A stretch of DNA of 64,000 nt from Phycisphaerae bacterium (GTDB lineage Bacteria > Planctomycetota > Phycisphaerae > UBA1845 > Fen-1342). A model generated the notes under the pieces. It was given only the letters and a program-made list of their open reading frames with translations. It did no database searches and was not told where the DNA came from. A program made the position numbers and the translations under genes. The DNA lies in assembly GCA_050115495.1 (NCBI GenBank), contig JASFQK010000013.1:84844-148843 (forward strand), read 5' to 3'. Position 1 is the stretch's first letter. Every line of letters begins with the position of its first letter. Shown piece by piece: positions 39,784 through 52,500 of this stretch.

Positions 39784-42333
39784 ATGGCCAGCACGATGTG
39801 GACGTGGCGCGGCGTGTTGACGCTCGCCGCCGTGGTTGTGGTATGGGCGGGAAGCGGAGTTGGGGCGGCCGCACAGGCGGTTGCACCCGGGTCGGCGCCG
39901 GAGTCGTCATGGGGGGAGGGCTGGGAAACCCCGCAGGTCATGGTTGGTCCGGTCGAGCGGCTGGTCCCGCCGACCGCGGGCGACGTGCAGTCCACCGGGC
40001 GCGGTCTGACGCTTGATTTCGTGTCGGTGAACGTCCCGCCCGAGGGCGACGCGCCGACCGAGCTGGCGTTCACGCCCGATGGAGCGCACATCATCATCGC
40101 CCATCGTGACAGTCAGAACCTGGTGGTGTTCGACGCAGCCACGCGCCTCGTCGTGCAGGTCATCCCGCTGTCCGGCTCGCCGGGCTCGCTCGCCATTTCC
40201 TCCGACGGGTTGTACGCCGTGACGGCGAACCTCTTTGAGGACACCGCCTCGATCGTCGATCTGACGACCGGCACGGAGACGGCCGTGGTGCCCGTCGGTG
40301 ACCAGCCGGGAACGGCGCGGATCACGCCCGACGGCACGACCGCCATCATCGGCAACACCGTGGACAGCACGCTCTCCGTGGTGGACATCGCCACGGCGAC
40401 GGAGCTGCGGCGGATCCCGGATGCGGGCTTCAATCAGGTTACGAGCTGGGGGGCCTGGGCGATCACGTACCGCTTCACCGACTTCGTCATCACGCCCGAC
40501 GGGGCGACGATCATCTTCCCCGATGCCCCGAACGACCGGATCGACTTCTTCGACATCGCGACCGGTGCCCTGAACGCCGTGTCGTGCGGCGCGGATCCGT
40601 GGGCCGTCGCCCTCAGCGCGGACGGGCTGACGGCTGTGGTCTCGCACGGCTACCCGCTCTCGCAGGTGACGGTGCTCGACGTGGCGACGCAGTCGATCAA
40701 CAAGGAGATCCCGACGGGGGCCAGCGCGACGTCGGCCCCGCCGATCACCATCAATCCGGAGGGCACGAAGGCAGTCATCGCCGTGCAGAACGCGGTGTGC
40801 GTCGTGACCCTGGCGACCAGCGCCGTCTCGGGCAACCTGTCGACGGGCGCCGTCAACTTCCTGCGCACGACGGCGGACGGACAGTACTGCGTCGTGGGTG
40901 GCTACATGGGCAGCATCGTCAGCTACGCCACGCAGTCGATCGTGAAGAACCCGCTGAGCACGACCACGCCGGACGCCCTCGCCGTCTCGCCGGTCGACGC
41001 CCGCGCGGCCACGGCCCACGCTCTGCGCAAGGAGTTCATGGAGGTGATCAACACGGCCGGTTCGGCCGGGTACCAGGAAGGCGTCGTGCCGACCGGGCCG
41101 TTGCCGGAGGGCGACAAGGCTCGCGCCGTGGCCGTCACGCCCGACGGGCAGACCGCCGTGGTCATCAACAACCACAGCAACAACGCGACGATCATCGACC
41201 TGCCCTCGCGGACGATCACCGGCGTCGCCGACGTGGGCCTGCGTCCCGGCGACGTGGCCGTCACGCCCGACGGCGCGCGGGCCGTTGTGACCAACCTTGA
41301 TTCGACGTTCGTAAGCGTGGTCAACTTGGCCGACGCCTCGGTGACCAACGTCGCCGTCTCCTATCGCGACAGTCTGGTCGTGATGTCCCCCGATGGGCAA
41401 TACGCTTACGTCTCGGTCGTGGCCAGCGGCGACGGCGTCTGGCGGGTCAACATGACGACCCTCAGCACCGAAGGCCCGCGGATCTCCACCGGCAACATGG
41501 GCAGCGTCGGCTATGCCTTCGAGGCGGCCAGCGGCGTGACCCTTAGCCACGACGGGCTGACGCTCGCCGTGTGCGGCAGCTTCACCAACGATGTGTCCGT
41601 GATCGACACGGCGACCTGGGCCGAGGTAGCCCGCGTGCCTGTGGGGACCTTCCCGGTCCGGGCCTGCTTCTCGCCGGATGACTCGCTCATCTACGTCAGC
41701 AACAAGAACGACGATACCGTCTCGGTGATGACGAACGCCGGCTCCGGCTCGACGGTCGTGGACACGATCAACGTCGGCGACCAACCCTTCGAACTGGTCA
41801 CCAACCCGGCCGGTACCAAGCTGTACGTCGCCAACTTCGCCTCGCGCAGCGTCTCCGTCGTGGATCTGCCTGCCAACGTCGTGACCAACACGATCCCGAT
41901 TCCGCAGACGAACGACGCGGGCCAGCCGATCGGCCTCCGCATGGCAGCCAGCGGCAGCGCCTTCTACGTCGCGGCCAACGGCGCCGACTTCCACGTCATC
42001 GACACCGCAACCGAGACCATCACCGACACGATCAACACGGGCCTCGCCCCGACCGAGCTCCAGATCAACGAGGCCACGCGCTGCGCCTTCATGCCCTCGC
42101 CCAACGGCGGCGACGGCGTGTCGATCGTCTCGCTCGGCCTGGTGGGCGACCTGAACTGCGACGGGATCGTGAACAACTTCGACATCACCGCGTTCATCAA
42201 GGCCCTGACGGACCCGGCCGGCTACGGCGTGGTGTACCCGAACTGCGATGTGAATCTCGCCGACGTCAACGGCGACGGTCTGGTGAACAACTTCGACATC
42301 AGCCCGTTCATCGATCTGCTGACCGGCGGGTAG
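39784..42333 (+). CDS. Secreted YVTN-type double beta-propeller protein with a C-terminal dockerin-like tag
   Basis: GAGGAG RBS; repeated TPDG...YV.N..S.TVSV.D blades; GDLNCDGIVNNFDI tail. Confidence 0.88.
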   Translation: MASTMWTWRGVLTLAAVVVVWAGSGVGAAAQAVAPGSAPESSWGEGWETPQVMVGPVERLVPPTAGDVQSTGRGLTLDFVSVNVPPEGDAPTELAFTPDGAHIIIAHRDSQNLVVFDAATRLVVQVIPLSGSPGSLAISSDGLYAVTANLFEDTASIVDLTTGTETAVVPVGDQPGTARITPDGTTAIIGNTVDSTLSVVDIATATELRRIPDAGFNQVTSWGAWAITYRFTDFVITPDGATIIFPDAPNDRIDFFDIATGALNAVSCGADPWAVALSADGLTAVVSHGYPLSQVTVLDVATQSINKEIPTGASATSAPPITINPEGTKAVIAVQNAVCVVTLATSAVSGNLSTGAVNFLRTTADGQYCVVGGYMGSIVSYATQSIVKNPLSTTTPDALAVSPVDARAATAHALRKEFMEVINTAGSAGYQEGVVPTGPLPEGDKARAVAVTPDGQTAVVINNHSNNATIIDLPSRTITGVADVGLRPGDVAVTPDGARAVVTNLDSTFVSVVNLADASVTNVAVSYRDSLVVMSPDGQYAYVSVVASGDGVWRVNMTTLSTEGPRISTGNMGSVGYAFEAASGVTLSHDGLTLAVCGSFTNDVSVIDTATWAEVARVPVGTFPVRACFSPDDSLIYVSNKNDDTVSVMTNAGSGSTVVDTINVGDQPFELVTNPAGTKLYVANFASRSVSVVDLPANVVTNTIPIPQTNDAGQPIGLRMAASGSAFYVAANGADFHVIDTATETITDTINTGLAPTELQINEATRCAFMPSPNGGDGVSIVSLGLVGDLNCDGIVNNFDITAFIKALTDPAGYGVVYPNCDVNLADVNGDGLVNNFDISPFIDLLTGG

Positions 42334-42452
42334 CGTGCGGGTCGGATCGGCCGCGGCCCCCGGGCCGCCGTCCGTCCGTCACGCAACGTATATGAATATC
42401 GGGTTACCTGTTGCCAGGGGCGCCGCCCCGGGGTCTGCAAGCAAGGAGAAAC

Positions 42453-45400
42453 ATGATGCGGGTCACACTGAACACACGCGTGCTGCACGCGCACGGTCTC
42501 ATCTTCGCCAGTATGCTGGCGGCCGTCACCCTGCTGGTGGCCGCGCCGCAGGCACAGGCCGGCGCACGGCGCACGGGCAACTATCTCATCATCATGGCCA
42601 GCGACTACGCCGATTCCGCCCCGATGAACGACCTCATCGCGGCCAAGACCGCGCAGGGCCTGAACGTCATGACCTACGTGCCCGCGATCGGCGAAACCAA
42701 CCAGCAAATCAAGGACTACATCGCCACTCTCTGGACCACGCCGAACAAGCCGCGCTACATCCTGCTGGTCGGCGACACCGACGGCTTCAACGCCACCGCC
42801 CAGTGCGTTCCGCACTGGGAGGGCAGCGCCAGCAAGCATGCCGCCACCGACTTGCCCTACGCCTGCATGGACGGCGCCGGTGACTGGAAGCCGGACATCG
42901 CCGTCGGCCGCTACTCCGTCCGCAACGTCAACACGCTGCGGGCCGTCGTGGACAAGACGCTCTACGTCGAGGCCGGCGTCTACGACGACCCCGACTACGT
43001 CAAGCGGGCGGCCTTCCTGGCCACTAACGACACCAGCTCCGGCGCCGAGGAGACGCACGACTGGGTGATCGACAACCTCCTCGTGCCGAACGACTACACC
43101 TGCACGAAGATCTACGCCCGCCTGGGTGGCAACACCGCCGACATCACCAACGCGGTGAACGCCGGCTGCGCCTTCGTCACCTACGGTGGCCACAGCGGCT
43201 CCAGCGGCTGGTCCAATCCAAGCTACGGTCAGTCCAACGTGCGGTCGCTGACCAACGCCAACATGTACCCCTTCGTCTTTGGCTGGTCCTGCAACACGGC
43301 TCACTTCACCTACGACGAGTGCTTCGGCGAGACGTGGCTGCGCGAGGCCAACAAGGGCGCCGTCGCCTACCTGTCCGCCTCCGACTACATCTACTGGGGT
43401 GGCTACGAGGAATGGGCCGAGGCCCGCGCCCTCGAGAAGTACCTCTACCAGTCCATCTTCATGCGGGATATCTGGGAGGTCGGGCCAGCGTTCCAGAACG
43501 CCCTGTCCGGCCTGCGGTCCGAGTTCGGCGAGACGGATCGCGTCCGCAACTTCCACGAGGAATTCGTGCTCCTCGGCGATCCGAGCCTCCTTCTGCCGCA
43601 GGGCACCGGCTTCACGCTCGAAGCCGACCCCGGCAGCCTCGACCTTTGCACGCCGCCGGATGACGAGGCCGTTTACACCATCGAGGTCGGCCAGACGATG
43701 GGCTTCGACGAGCCGGTGACGCTCACGGCCGCCAATCTGCCGCCGGGCGCCATCGCCGACTTCTCTGTCAACAATGTGCCGCCGCCTTTCACCACCGTCC
43801 TGACGGTCAGCAACCTCGGCGCCGGCTCACCCGGGAGCTACGACATCGATATCAAGGGCGTGGCTCCGTCCTTCGAGCGTTCGATCCAGGTCGGCCTGGA
43901 GCTCTCCACGGTCGTGCCGAGTTCGGTGATCCTGGCCAGTCCGCCCAACGGCGACGTTGACGTGTCCCGCACGCCGACCCTCGCCTGGCTGCCTTCGGCG
44001 CAGACCACGGTCTACGACCTGGAAATCGCCACCGACGTCAACTTCACGAACGTCGTCTACACGGCGGCCGTCAACGGGACCAGCCACACCGTCGAGACCC
44101 GGCTGGCCTCGACCACGCTGTACTTCTGGCATGTGCAGGCTAGCAACGGCTGCGGCGACAGCGGCTTCTCCAATCCCTTCACCTTCACCACGCTCGAACA
44201 GGCGGACTACTTCACCGAGCAGTTCACCGGCGATTTCGACCTCGACAACTTCTCCGTCTCGTTCTTCCCCGACGGCAGCGGCGACTATTACGCCATTTGC
44301 GGCGGCGAGATCGACGCCCTGCCCACCGACCCCGCCAGTGGCACCGACCTGGCCCCCGGTGAGGACGGCTTCGTGCAGGTTTCCCTCGCGGGAAGCGAGA
44401 CCGTCTCACTTTACAACATCGGCTACACGACCTTCTACGTCGAGGCCAACGGCTACATCAGCTTCGGTGGCGGCGACGGTGAGTACGAAGAGTCGCTCGC
44501 GTTCCACTTCAACCGGCCGCGGATCTCGGCGTTCTTCCACGACCTGAGCCCGCAGAACGGCCGCGTGTCCTGGGAGCAGTTCGCCGATCGGGCTGTCGTC
44601 ACCTACGAAAACGTACCCGTCTACGACACCAGCAATCGCAACACCTTCCAGATCGAGATGTTCTTCGACGGCACGATCACCCTCTCCTACCTGGTCATGG
44701 ATGGGACAGCGGCCATCGCCGGTATCTCCGCCGGCGGCGGCCAGCCGAGCGACTTTAGCGAGACCGACCTCTCCGCCGTCGACGGCTGCGGCCCCACCTT
44801 CGAGCTCAACGGCGACCCCGGCTGGCAGAGCATCTGCGCGCCCGATGACGCCGTCTACACTATCGAGGTCACGCCCGTCGAGGGCTTCAGCGACCCGGTC
44901 ACGCTCAGCCTCTTCGACCCGCCGGCCGGTATCACCGTCGACTTCGACGTCAACCCGGTCGTGCCGCCGGCCACCGCGGTTATGACCATCAGCAACACCG
45001 GCGCGGCGACGCCCGGCGACTACACGCTGGTGATCAACGGCACCGCGGGGGAGATCGTCGAATCGACGGTCGTCGGCCTGAACCTGTCGACCGCCGTTCC
45101 GGGGGCGCTCACGCTGGTTAGCCCGCCCGACGGTGCTGATCCCGTCCTGCTGCGACCGGAGCTCACCTGGCAGGCCGCCACCGGCGCCGTGCAGTACGAC
45201 GTGGTCGTCTCCACCAACGCTAGCTTCACGGGCGTCGTCTACCAGACCACCGTCTTTGGCACCAGCCACACGGTAACGACCGACCTGGCGCCGGCCGACA
45301 CCTACTACTGGCATGTGCGCGGCGTGAACGGCTGCGGCGACGGCCCCTGGTTTGCCACCTTCAGCTTCACCACCCAGAACATGCTCATGCCGGCGTCCTA

Positions 45401-46064
45401 CGACATGCTCAACGGCGAGACCGGTCGCTACACATACTACGACGATGCCTACGACGGAGACGGCAACAACCAACAAGCGCTCGCCCCGCTCAGTGGTGGG
45501 CTCGGCGATCTCACCGACGGTGTCATCGCCACGCAAGACTGGGACACTACGCCCCTTCCCTACGTCGGCTGGCAAACCGTCGATCCGACCATCACCTTCC
45601 ACTTCGCCCAGTGGGTGAACGTCAGCAAGGTCACGCTCCATCTCGACGACTCCAACGGCAACGGCGGCGTCTATCCTCCGGAGGACGTCACCTTCGTCAT
45701 GGGCGGCGAGACGTTGCAGTTTGACGTCCCCGACCCGGCGGCCGGCACACCCTTCGCCGCCACCTTCGAGGGCCTGGACCTCATGGGCGACACGCTGGAG
45801 ATGACCATCGCCGACCACAGCTCCAGCCGCTACTTCATGCTCAGCGAGGTGGAGATCTACGGTCGCTCCTGCCGCGGTGATCTCAACTGCGACGGCGCCG
45901 TGGACAACTTCGATATCGCCCCCTTCGTGCTGGCGGTCACCAATCCGACCGCTTACGCGACGGCGTATCCCAACTGCGACGTCAACAACGCCGACTGCAA
46001 CAGCGACGGCGCTGTCGACAACTTCGATATCAGTCCGTTCGTGCAGCTCCTGACCGGCGACTGA
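42453..46064 (+). CDS. C25 (gingipain-like) cysteine peptidase with FN3-like domains and a C-terminal dockerin-like tag
   Basis: [19 protein letters not shown] (His), WSCNT (Cys) and LLGDPS motifs; [14 protein letters not shown] tail; AAGGAG RBS. Confidence 0.88.
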   Translation: MMRVTLNTRVLHAHGLIFASMLAAVTLLVAAPQAQAGARRTGNYLIIMASDYADSAPMNDLIAAKTAQGLNVMTYVPAIGETNQQIKDYIATLWTTPNKPRYILLVGDTDGFNATAQCVPHWEGSASKHAATDLPYACMDGAGDWKPDIAVGRYSVRNVNTLRAVVDKTLYVEAGVYDDPDYVKRAAFLATNDTSSGAEETHDWVIDNLLVPNDYTCTKIYARLGGNTADITNAVNAGCAFVTYGGHSGSSGWSNPSYGQSNVRSLTNANMYPFVFGWSCNTAHFTYDECFGETWLREANKGAVAYLSASDYIYWGGYEEWAEARALEKYLYQSIFMRDIWEVGPAFQNALSGLRSEFGETDRVRNFHEEFVLLGDPSLLLPQGTGFTLEADPGSLDLCTPPDDEAVYTIEVGQTMGFDEPVTLTAANLPPGAIADFSVNNVPPPFTTVLTVSNLGAGSPGSYDIDIKGVAPSFERSIQVGLELSTVVPSSVILASPPNGDVDVSRTPTLAWLPSAQTTVYDLEIATDVNFTNVVYTAAVNGTSHTVETRLASTTLYFWHVQASNGCGDSGFSNPFTFTTLEQADYFTEQFTGDFDLDNFSVSFFPDGSGDYYAICGGEIDALPTDPASGTDLAPGEDGFVQVSLAGSETVSLYNIGYTTFYVEANGYISFGGGDGEYEESLAFHFNRPRISAFFHDLSPQNGRVSWEQFADRAVVTYENVPVYDTSNRNTFQIEMFFDGTITLSYLVMDGTAAIAGISAGGGQPSDFSETDLSAVDGCGPTFELNGDPGWQSICAPDDAVYTIEVTPVEGFSDPVTLSLFDPPAGITVDFDVNPVVPPATAVMTISNTGAATPGDYTLVINGTAGEIVESTVVGLNLSTAVPGALTLVSPPDGADPVLLRPELTWQAATGAVQYDVVVSTNASFTGVVYQTTVFGTSHTVTTDLAPADTYYWHVRGVNGCGDGPWFATFSFTTQNMLMPASYDMLNGETGRYTYYDDAYDGDGNNQQALAPLSGGLGDLTDGVIATQDWDTTPLPYVGWQTVDPTITFHFAQWVNVSKVTLHLDDSNGNGGVYPPEDVTFVMGGETLQFDVPDPAAGTPFAATFEGLDLMGDTLEMTIADHSSSRYFMLSEVEIYGRSCRGDLNCDGAVDNFDIAPFVLAVTNPTAYATAYPNCDVNNADCNSDGAVDNFDISPFVQLLTGD

Positions 46065-46457
46065 TGCACGCGGATTGAGCGACCCGTTCGCTTCTCGGCG
46101 GGCCGGCGACCGCTTCCAGGCGGCCGCCGGCCCGCTCGCTTCTTTGGCTCATCCGGGATTTCCGGGACGGGATGGGGCGGTATTGAACGATGCCCGTCAG
46201 CATGCTGATACTGCGACTCCACGGTTCCCTGTTGCCCGCGTCGGCCGCGGTGAGAGGGCTATCTTGCCCACAAGAACACCCGATCGGCTCACCCTCGCCG
46301 CAGAGCAGTCGGATGGTGTTAACCTGCTAGGAGTAAACGAGGTACATCGCTGTGGGCCTGCTCTCTGCCCGGCCGTTCTCCGGAAGAACCGGAAGGACCC
46401 AGAATCATGCGCGCCCCTGCGGCGCTCGATGAGGCAGCGGATTAATGAGGCAGTACA

Positions 46458-48347
46458 CTAGTGCCCGGCAAGCTGCAGATCGTATTCCGGAATACCGGCC
46501 CGGACTTGGCACTGAATGCTTGGAACTCCGCGCCGCGCCAATTCCTCCGCGAGCGGGAAGGAGTACGAGAGCGGCGGCGCGGCAGCGGAGGACACATCGG
46601 ATCGCAGCGTGTCCTGGGCGGGGGCGCACACCGTAAGCTGTGAGATGACGACGACATCGCCGTTGATGTAGGTGAATGGCAAGGTCGTCTCCGGCGCAAG
46701 CTGCATACCGTTGATCAGTAGGGGAGCATTGTCCGTCCGCGATGTGGGGACCGAGAACACCGTGCCAGTCCAGTGCGAGGAGACGACCACATCGAAATCG
46801 CGGTGCCCGAGGATGCGCGCAAGTTCGGGCCGCGCTGCCCAGAGAATCTCAAGAACGCCTGTATACAGCACCGACAGTTTGGGTGGCATGTCAGGCGAAG
46901 CGTCGTAGATCGCGATCGGCGCGAACACGGTGCCGTGCGGCAGGTCAGCGTGCGCGAAAGCTAAGGCTGCAGCGCGCAGCTGCCGCTCATCCATCTGTCC
47001 GCGAAGGGCGTAGCCGTGTGCGTATCCCGCAGTCGTTATCGCGCAAATAAGAGCGCCCCCCCCCGTCGTCGCGACTATCGCACGAGTGACCCAAATCCGA
47101 AGGCGCGGCGCGCGCACGAACTCCGCCATTGCCGCCGCGAGACCGCCGGAAGCCAACGCGGCGCCTATGGTGGGTACGTATAGCATGCGCACTTCGAACG
47201 CCTGGTTTCGCACGAGGCTGGCAGGGAAAAAGGCTGTGAATACAGCGACGCACACGCCCACGCCGAAGACGAGCCATGCGGCCCCATGAGGCGCGTCACT
47301 CCGCCTTGCGAACTCCGGGCAGAAAGCCAACAAAGCACCAAGCGCGATTAGGCACGCCACGAAGGCGCCGCGCCCGAACCCCGTTCCCAGCGTCAAGCTC
47401 CGGCCGCACATCCACGCCGCAGCGAAGGAGTCGGCGAACACTCCGGTCCGGAGCCCCGCCAAATGATGCCAAAGTCGCTGACATTGGCCAACCCATTCGT
47501 CGAGGCCGCAAACGAGGCCGCCGCGGACAGCGACAAGCGTGTCGCTGCCCCGCGATAGAACGAAGAAGACCAGCAGAAAGAGGACCAGGTGGACGGTGAG
47601 CGCCAGAGCGGCGCGAAACGCCTGACGCTTGCGCCTCTGCGGTTCGGCCTTGGCAATCGCGTTTACCGCCAAGACCGGGAGGACGATGGCCAGCATTGCT
47701 GGTTGCTCAATAATGAAGAGGCTGATCGATAGACTCGCCGCGCTTACTGCAAAAAGCAGCGCTCCGAATCGCGAGCGAACGCCACTAAGAAAGGCATGCA
47801 TAGCCACTAAGGTCAGCGCCGTGGCGGCGAGGTATCCGCTGGCGCTGACCCATAACAGAACCTCCCATGTCCAACAAGGAGCGAGCATCAGCACGCCGGC
47901 TACCCAGGCCGCAACGCGCGAGCGCGCCAGGCGCAGAGCGAGGAGTCCAGCCAGTACAGCGTTGAGCAGCACATTCGCCGCCATCACGACGCGCGCGAGG
48001 CCTTCGTGATCCGGCAGACGCTCAGCATAGAAACCGGTGACTACATAATTCAGCGCGCGGGCCGGGTAGGTTTCGATCCGCTCGCGATGCCAAAGCGGAC
48101 GGCGTTCCCCGGTCACCGCGTCATGAGCGTGGTCGCGAAAGATGTAGTCGTCGGAGTAGGGGCCGCGCTGCCAAGAGGAAAAATAGGCGATAGACAACAC
48201 TGCAACCAGAAAGATCGTAGCCGCTACAGCCGCGAGCACCCGACGCACGCCACAGGTTCCAGGGGAGCCCGCAGTTCGCGCAGCGGGCATCACTGTTGCG
48301 TCCGGCGCGGCTTGGCATTCATCGTCGCAGCCTGGCTTTGTGTTCAT
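46458..48347 (-). CDS. Polytopic membrane protein, possible GtrII-like/GT-C glycosyltransferase; atypical composition
   Basis: YSDDY after the first TM; IEQ and RMLYVP motifs; many TMs; codon usage differs from neighbouring genes. Confidence 0.6.
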   Translation of the reverse strand: MNTKPGCDDECQAAPDATVMPAARTAGSPGTCGVRRVLAAVAATIFLVAVLSIAYFSSWQRGPYSDDYIFRDHAHDAVTGERRPLWHRERIETYPARALNYVVTGFYAERLPDHEGLARVVMAANVLLNAVLAGLLALRLARSRVAAWVAGVLMLAPCWTWEVLLWVSASGYLAATALTLVAMHAFLSGVRSRFGALLFAVSAASLSISLFIIEQPAMLAIVLPVLAVNAIAKAEPQRRKRQAFRAALALTVHLVLFLLVFFVLSRGSDTLVAVRGGLVCGLDEWVGQCQRLWHHLAGLRTGVFADSFAAAWMCGRSLTLGTGFGRGAFVACLIALGALLAFCPEFARRSDAPHGAAWLVFGVGVCVAVFTAFFPASLVRNQAFEVRMLYVPTIGAALASGGLAAAMAEFVRAPRLRIWVTRAIVATTGGGALICAITTAGYAHGYALRGQMDERQLRAAALAFAHADLPHGTVFAPIAIYDASPDMPPKLSVLYTGVLEILWAARPELARILGHRDFDVVVSSHWTGTVFSVPTSRTDNAPLLINGMQLAPETTLPFTYINGDVVVISQLTVCAPAQDTLRSDVSSAAAPPLSYSFPLAEELARRGVPSIQCQVRAGIPEYDLQLAGH

Positions 48348-48428
48348 GCTCGAGGCTTACCCGAACGGCCATGGCCAGTCAAGGTCTTGCGTTTCGTCGT
48401 GAACCGGCTGCCCGGCAACGAGCAGGAA

Positions 48429-48840
48429 CGCCCGGGGCGGGGCCGCACGGCGATTGAGCGGAAGCCTCGGGCGCGGTCCATTGTCGAAGTCACGCTGCAC
48501 ACGTCCCCCAAGAATGCCACGCACTGGAGCCAGCGCAACCTGGCGGAGCACCTGGGCGTGCCCATGTCGCTGGGCAAACGGGTCTGGCGCGCCCACGAAC
48601 TGGCCCCGCGCCGTGTGCGGACGTTCAAGCAGTCGGGACAAACGCTTCATCGAGAAGCTGATCGACGTGGTCACGACTACTGCCGAACGGCACGACCACG
48701 CTGTTCGCCGCCCTGGAGATGGCCAGCGGCCAGCTGATCGGCGCGTGCATGCCGCGCCATCGCCATCAGGAATAGCTCAAGCTCGTGAAGCTGAATGACG
48801 CCCAAACCCGACGGAGCTGGATCTGCACCTGATCGCCGAC
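48429..48840 (+). mobile_element. IS630-family transposase remnant (frameshifted, internally deleted)
   Basis: Fragments in shifting frames: [66 protein letters not shown] and DLHLIAD. Confidence 0.85.
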
Positions 48841-49075
48841 AGCGATCAAGGCGCTCTGTACACCTCCAGCAGTACGCCGCATCTGACCAACTACCTGATC
48901 ACCGGCACCGCAGGTTGGCCCACTGTATATTGCGACAACTCCGGCGGTCGCACGTTCACAGACTGCACGATCGCACACAATCCGGCAGACGGCTACGAAG
49001 GGGCGCTGCACGCCGCGTATGCCGCTCCGGTGCTGAAGAACTGCATCATCTGGGACAACGCCCCGCCCGTCATCG
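48841..49075 (+). pseudogene. Fragment of a parallel beta-helix protein gene
   Basis: GALYTSSSTPHLTNYLITG...TFTDCTIAHN...PVLKNCIIWDN resembles the repeats of the two downstream genes; no start of its own. Confidence 0.65.
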
Positions 49076-49224
49076 GCGTCCGCCAGGAAAATCGCAGTTG
49101 CCAGCGGAGTGCGATCGGCGGTACAATAATGCGTGTATGAATGGGGCGGCGACGGGCGTCGGCCCGTCCGTCGAGCTAAGGGCGGGGACCACAGCCGCCT
49201 CCGGTGACGTCCGCCGGCGAGAGT

Positions 49225-49520
49225 AACGTCGGCGGTGAGGGTGCGGGACATTGGGGATTCAACCCATCAGAAACCTCTGCGGCCAGGGCGGTCCTCTGCT
49301 CCTTTGCCCCTCTGTTCCTCTGATCCTTCTTCACCAAGGGGAGTGACATGCAAAAAGTGCTGAACTGCGGGATTCTGGCAGCGATTGCCGTCTGTTGTTC
49401 GATTCTGCCGGCGGCGTGGGCCGAGGAACTGCACGTGCCGGCCGAGTACGCCACGATCCAGTCGGCGATCGACGCCGCCCAACCCGGCGACGAAGTCGTC
49501 ATCGCTCCCGGAACGTACAC
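49225..49520 (+). repeat. Near-identical duplicated leader and 5' CDS, copy 1
   Basis: Matches 54482-54777 (offset 5257) with about one mismatch by eye. Confidence 0.9.
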
Positions 49521-52500
49521 GGGACCGGGCAATAAGGACCTTGATTTCGGCGGCAAGGCCATCACCGTCCGCAGCGCCGATCCGGGCAACCCCCAGGTCG
49601 TGGCCACGACGATCATCGACTGCGAATCCTCCGGCCGCGGCTTCTACTTCCACAACGAGGAAGGCCCCGACAGCGTCGTCGCCGGGCTCACGATTACGCA
49701 CGGGTCCCCTCCGGACAACGGCGGTGGTGGCGGCGTCTACACCGCCCAGTGCGGCCCGACGCTGGCCCATTGCACCATCACGGAGAACACGGCCGAGTGG
49801 GGCGGCGGCGGTGTCTACTGCTACTGGCCGCCGGGCCCGGCGCTGATCGATTGCACGATCACGCTGAACACGTCCGCCCGGTGGGGCGGCGGCGTCTACC
49901 TCACGCACTGCCACGCCTCACTGACGAATTGCACGATTGAGCGGAACCAGTCCGCCAGCAGCGGCGGTGGCGTCTACTGCGTCAGCGGCAGCCCGGCGTT
50001 GACCAATTGCACGATCATGCAGAACGCCGCGACGACCGGGGCTATCGGTAGTGCGGACGGTGGCGGCATCTACTGCTATGACACCGACGCCGTACTGACG
50101 AACTGCATCATCGCGCGGAACACCGTTGCCGGCGAAGGTGGCGGTGTGTACTGCGAGCTCGGCAGCCCTGCGCTGCGCAACTGCACGGTCTCTCAAAACA
50201 CAGGCGCCGGTGAGGGCGGCGGTGTGTTCTGCGACGAGAGCAGCGCCGTGCTCACGAACTGCGTTGTCTGGTGGAACAACCGCGAAGCGATCTACGTTTC
50301 CGCCGGCGACGATCCCGTGGTGACCTTCAGCGCCATCGAGGGTGGCTGGCCGGGTGAGGGCAACATCGCCGCCGACCCGCTGCTCACGCCGAACGGGCAC
50401 TTGCGGGCCGGCTCGCCGTGCCGCGATCTTGGTGATCCGAACGGGGACTACAGTGACCAGACCGACATCGACGCCGAACCGCGCGTGCTTGACGACCGCG
50501 TGGATATCGGCGCCGACGAGTGGCTCGACAGCGATGCGGACGGCCTGCCGGACTGGTGGGAGATGGACATCTTCGGCGATCCTCTCGCCGGCGACCCACT
50601 CGGCAACGAGGACGGCGATACGCGCAACAATCTCGAGGAGTACTCCAACGGAACGAATCCGTTTCTCGCTCCTCGGCAGTTCCACGTCGACCCCGCCGGC
50701 GACGATACGTGGGACGGACTCGCCCCCGAGTGGGATGGACAGCACGGCCCGAAGGCGACGATTCAGGCGGCCATTGATGCCTGTGACCGCATGGAAGGCG
50801 ACGAAGTGGTCATCGCTCAGGGCGTGTACACCGGCGAGCGGAATCGAAACCTCGACTTCTTCGGCAAGAGCATCGTCGTCCGCAGCACCGACCCGTGTGA
50901 TCCGGCGGTCGTCTCGGCGACGGTCATCGATTGTGAAGGTAGCGGACGCGGGTTTCACCTGCACCTCAGTGAGGGCCCGGACAGCGAGGTGGCCGGACTC
51001 ACGATCATGAACGGATCCGCGTCCAGAGGCGGCGGCATCGCCTGTCATGCCAGCAATACGACGTTGACCAACTGCATCATCACGCAGAACACGGCGACTG
51101 CTTCGGGCGAGGGAGGTGGCGGCATCAACTGCGATGGCGGTGCACCCGCCATTACCGGTTGCACGATCACCCAGAACACGGCGGCGAGCGAGGGCGGTGG
51201 TGCCCAGTTCCTGCATTGCCGTCCAACGCTGATCAACTGCCTGATGGATGGCAACGCGTCCGGGCATGGCGGCGGCGTCTCCTGCGGACGTGATGCCCGC
51301 CCAACCTTGGTTGACTGCCGCCTCACGGGAAACACAGCCACCAGCCTCCATGGAGGTGGCGTCTATTGCGAATACACCAGTCACCCCACGCTGATCCGTT
51401 GCATTATCAGCGGGAACGCGGCCCAGTACGGCGGCGGACTAAGCTCTCAACAGGGCAGCGCGACCCTCACTGACTGCAAGATCGCGCAGAACACCGCTGC
51501 CGACAACGGCGGCGGCATCGTTGCTGAGCAGAGCGAGCTCGTCTTGACCGAATGCACGATTGCCGAGAACACCGCGAGCCAGCGCGGTGCGGGCATGTAC
51601 TGCGCCCATGAGCCCTGCCCGACGCTGATCGACTGCACCATCTCGGAGAACGCGACCGACGGCTGGGGCGGTGGCATCCACTGTATCGACGGCAGCCCGG
51701 CACTCATCCGCTGCAGTTTCCTGGGGAACACAGCGACCCAGTGCGGCGGTGGTCTAAGTTGCGACGACAGCAACCCAACGCTCACGAGCTGCGCGTTTCT
51801 GCGCAACTGGGCCGGCAGCGGCGGTGGCGCGCTCAGCGGCGGCAGCCCGGCGCTGGTCAATTGCACGCTTAGCCAGAACGCGTCCCGTCGCGGGGCCGGC
51901 ATTTACGGCGGCAGCCCCACGCTCACCAGCTGCATTGTCTGGGGCAACACGTCGGAAGCCATTTACCTCACCGGCAGTGACCAGCCCGTCGTGACCTACA
52001 GCGATATCGAGGGCGGCTGGACCGGCGTCGGCAACATCGACGCTGATCCGCTCCTTACGCCCGACGGCCACCTCCACGTGGATTCGCCCTGCTACAACAC
52101 CGGCGACCCGACGGCAGACGATGCGGACCAGGCCGACATCGACGGCGAACCGCGCGTGCTCGACGGTTGCGTGGACATGGGCGTCGATGAATGGCTGGAC
52201 ACGGATGGCGACGGCTTGCCGGACTGGTGGGAGACACGCTTCTTCGACGACCCGCTCGCCGCCGATCCGCTCGGCGATGAAGACGGCGATGACCGGGACA
52301 ACCTGACGGAGTACGCCAACGGCACAAACCCGCTGCTCCCTCCGCAGCTTCTGCACGTGAGCGTCACGGGTGACGACGACTGGGACGGCCTGGCGCCCGA
52401 ATGGGATGGCGAGCACGGTCCGAAGGCCACGATTCAGGCGGCGATCGACGCCTGCCATCCATACGAGGGCGACGAGGTGGTCCTCGCCGAGGGCGTGTTC

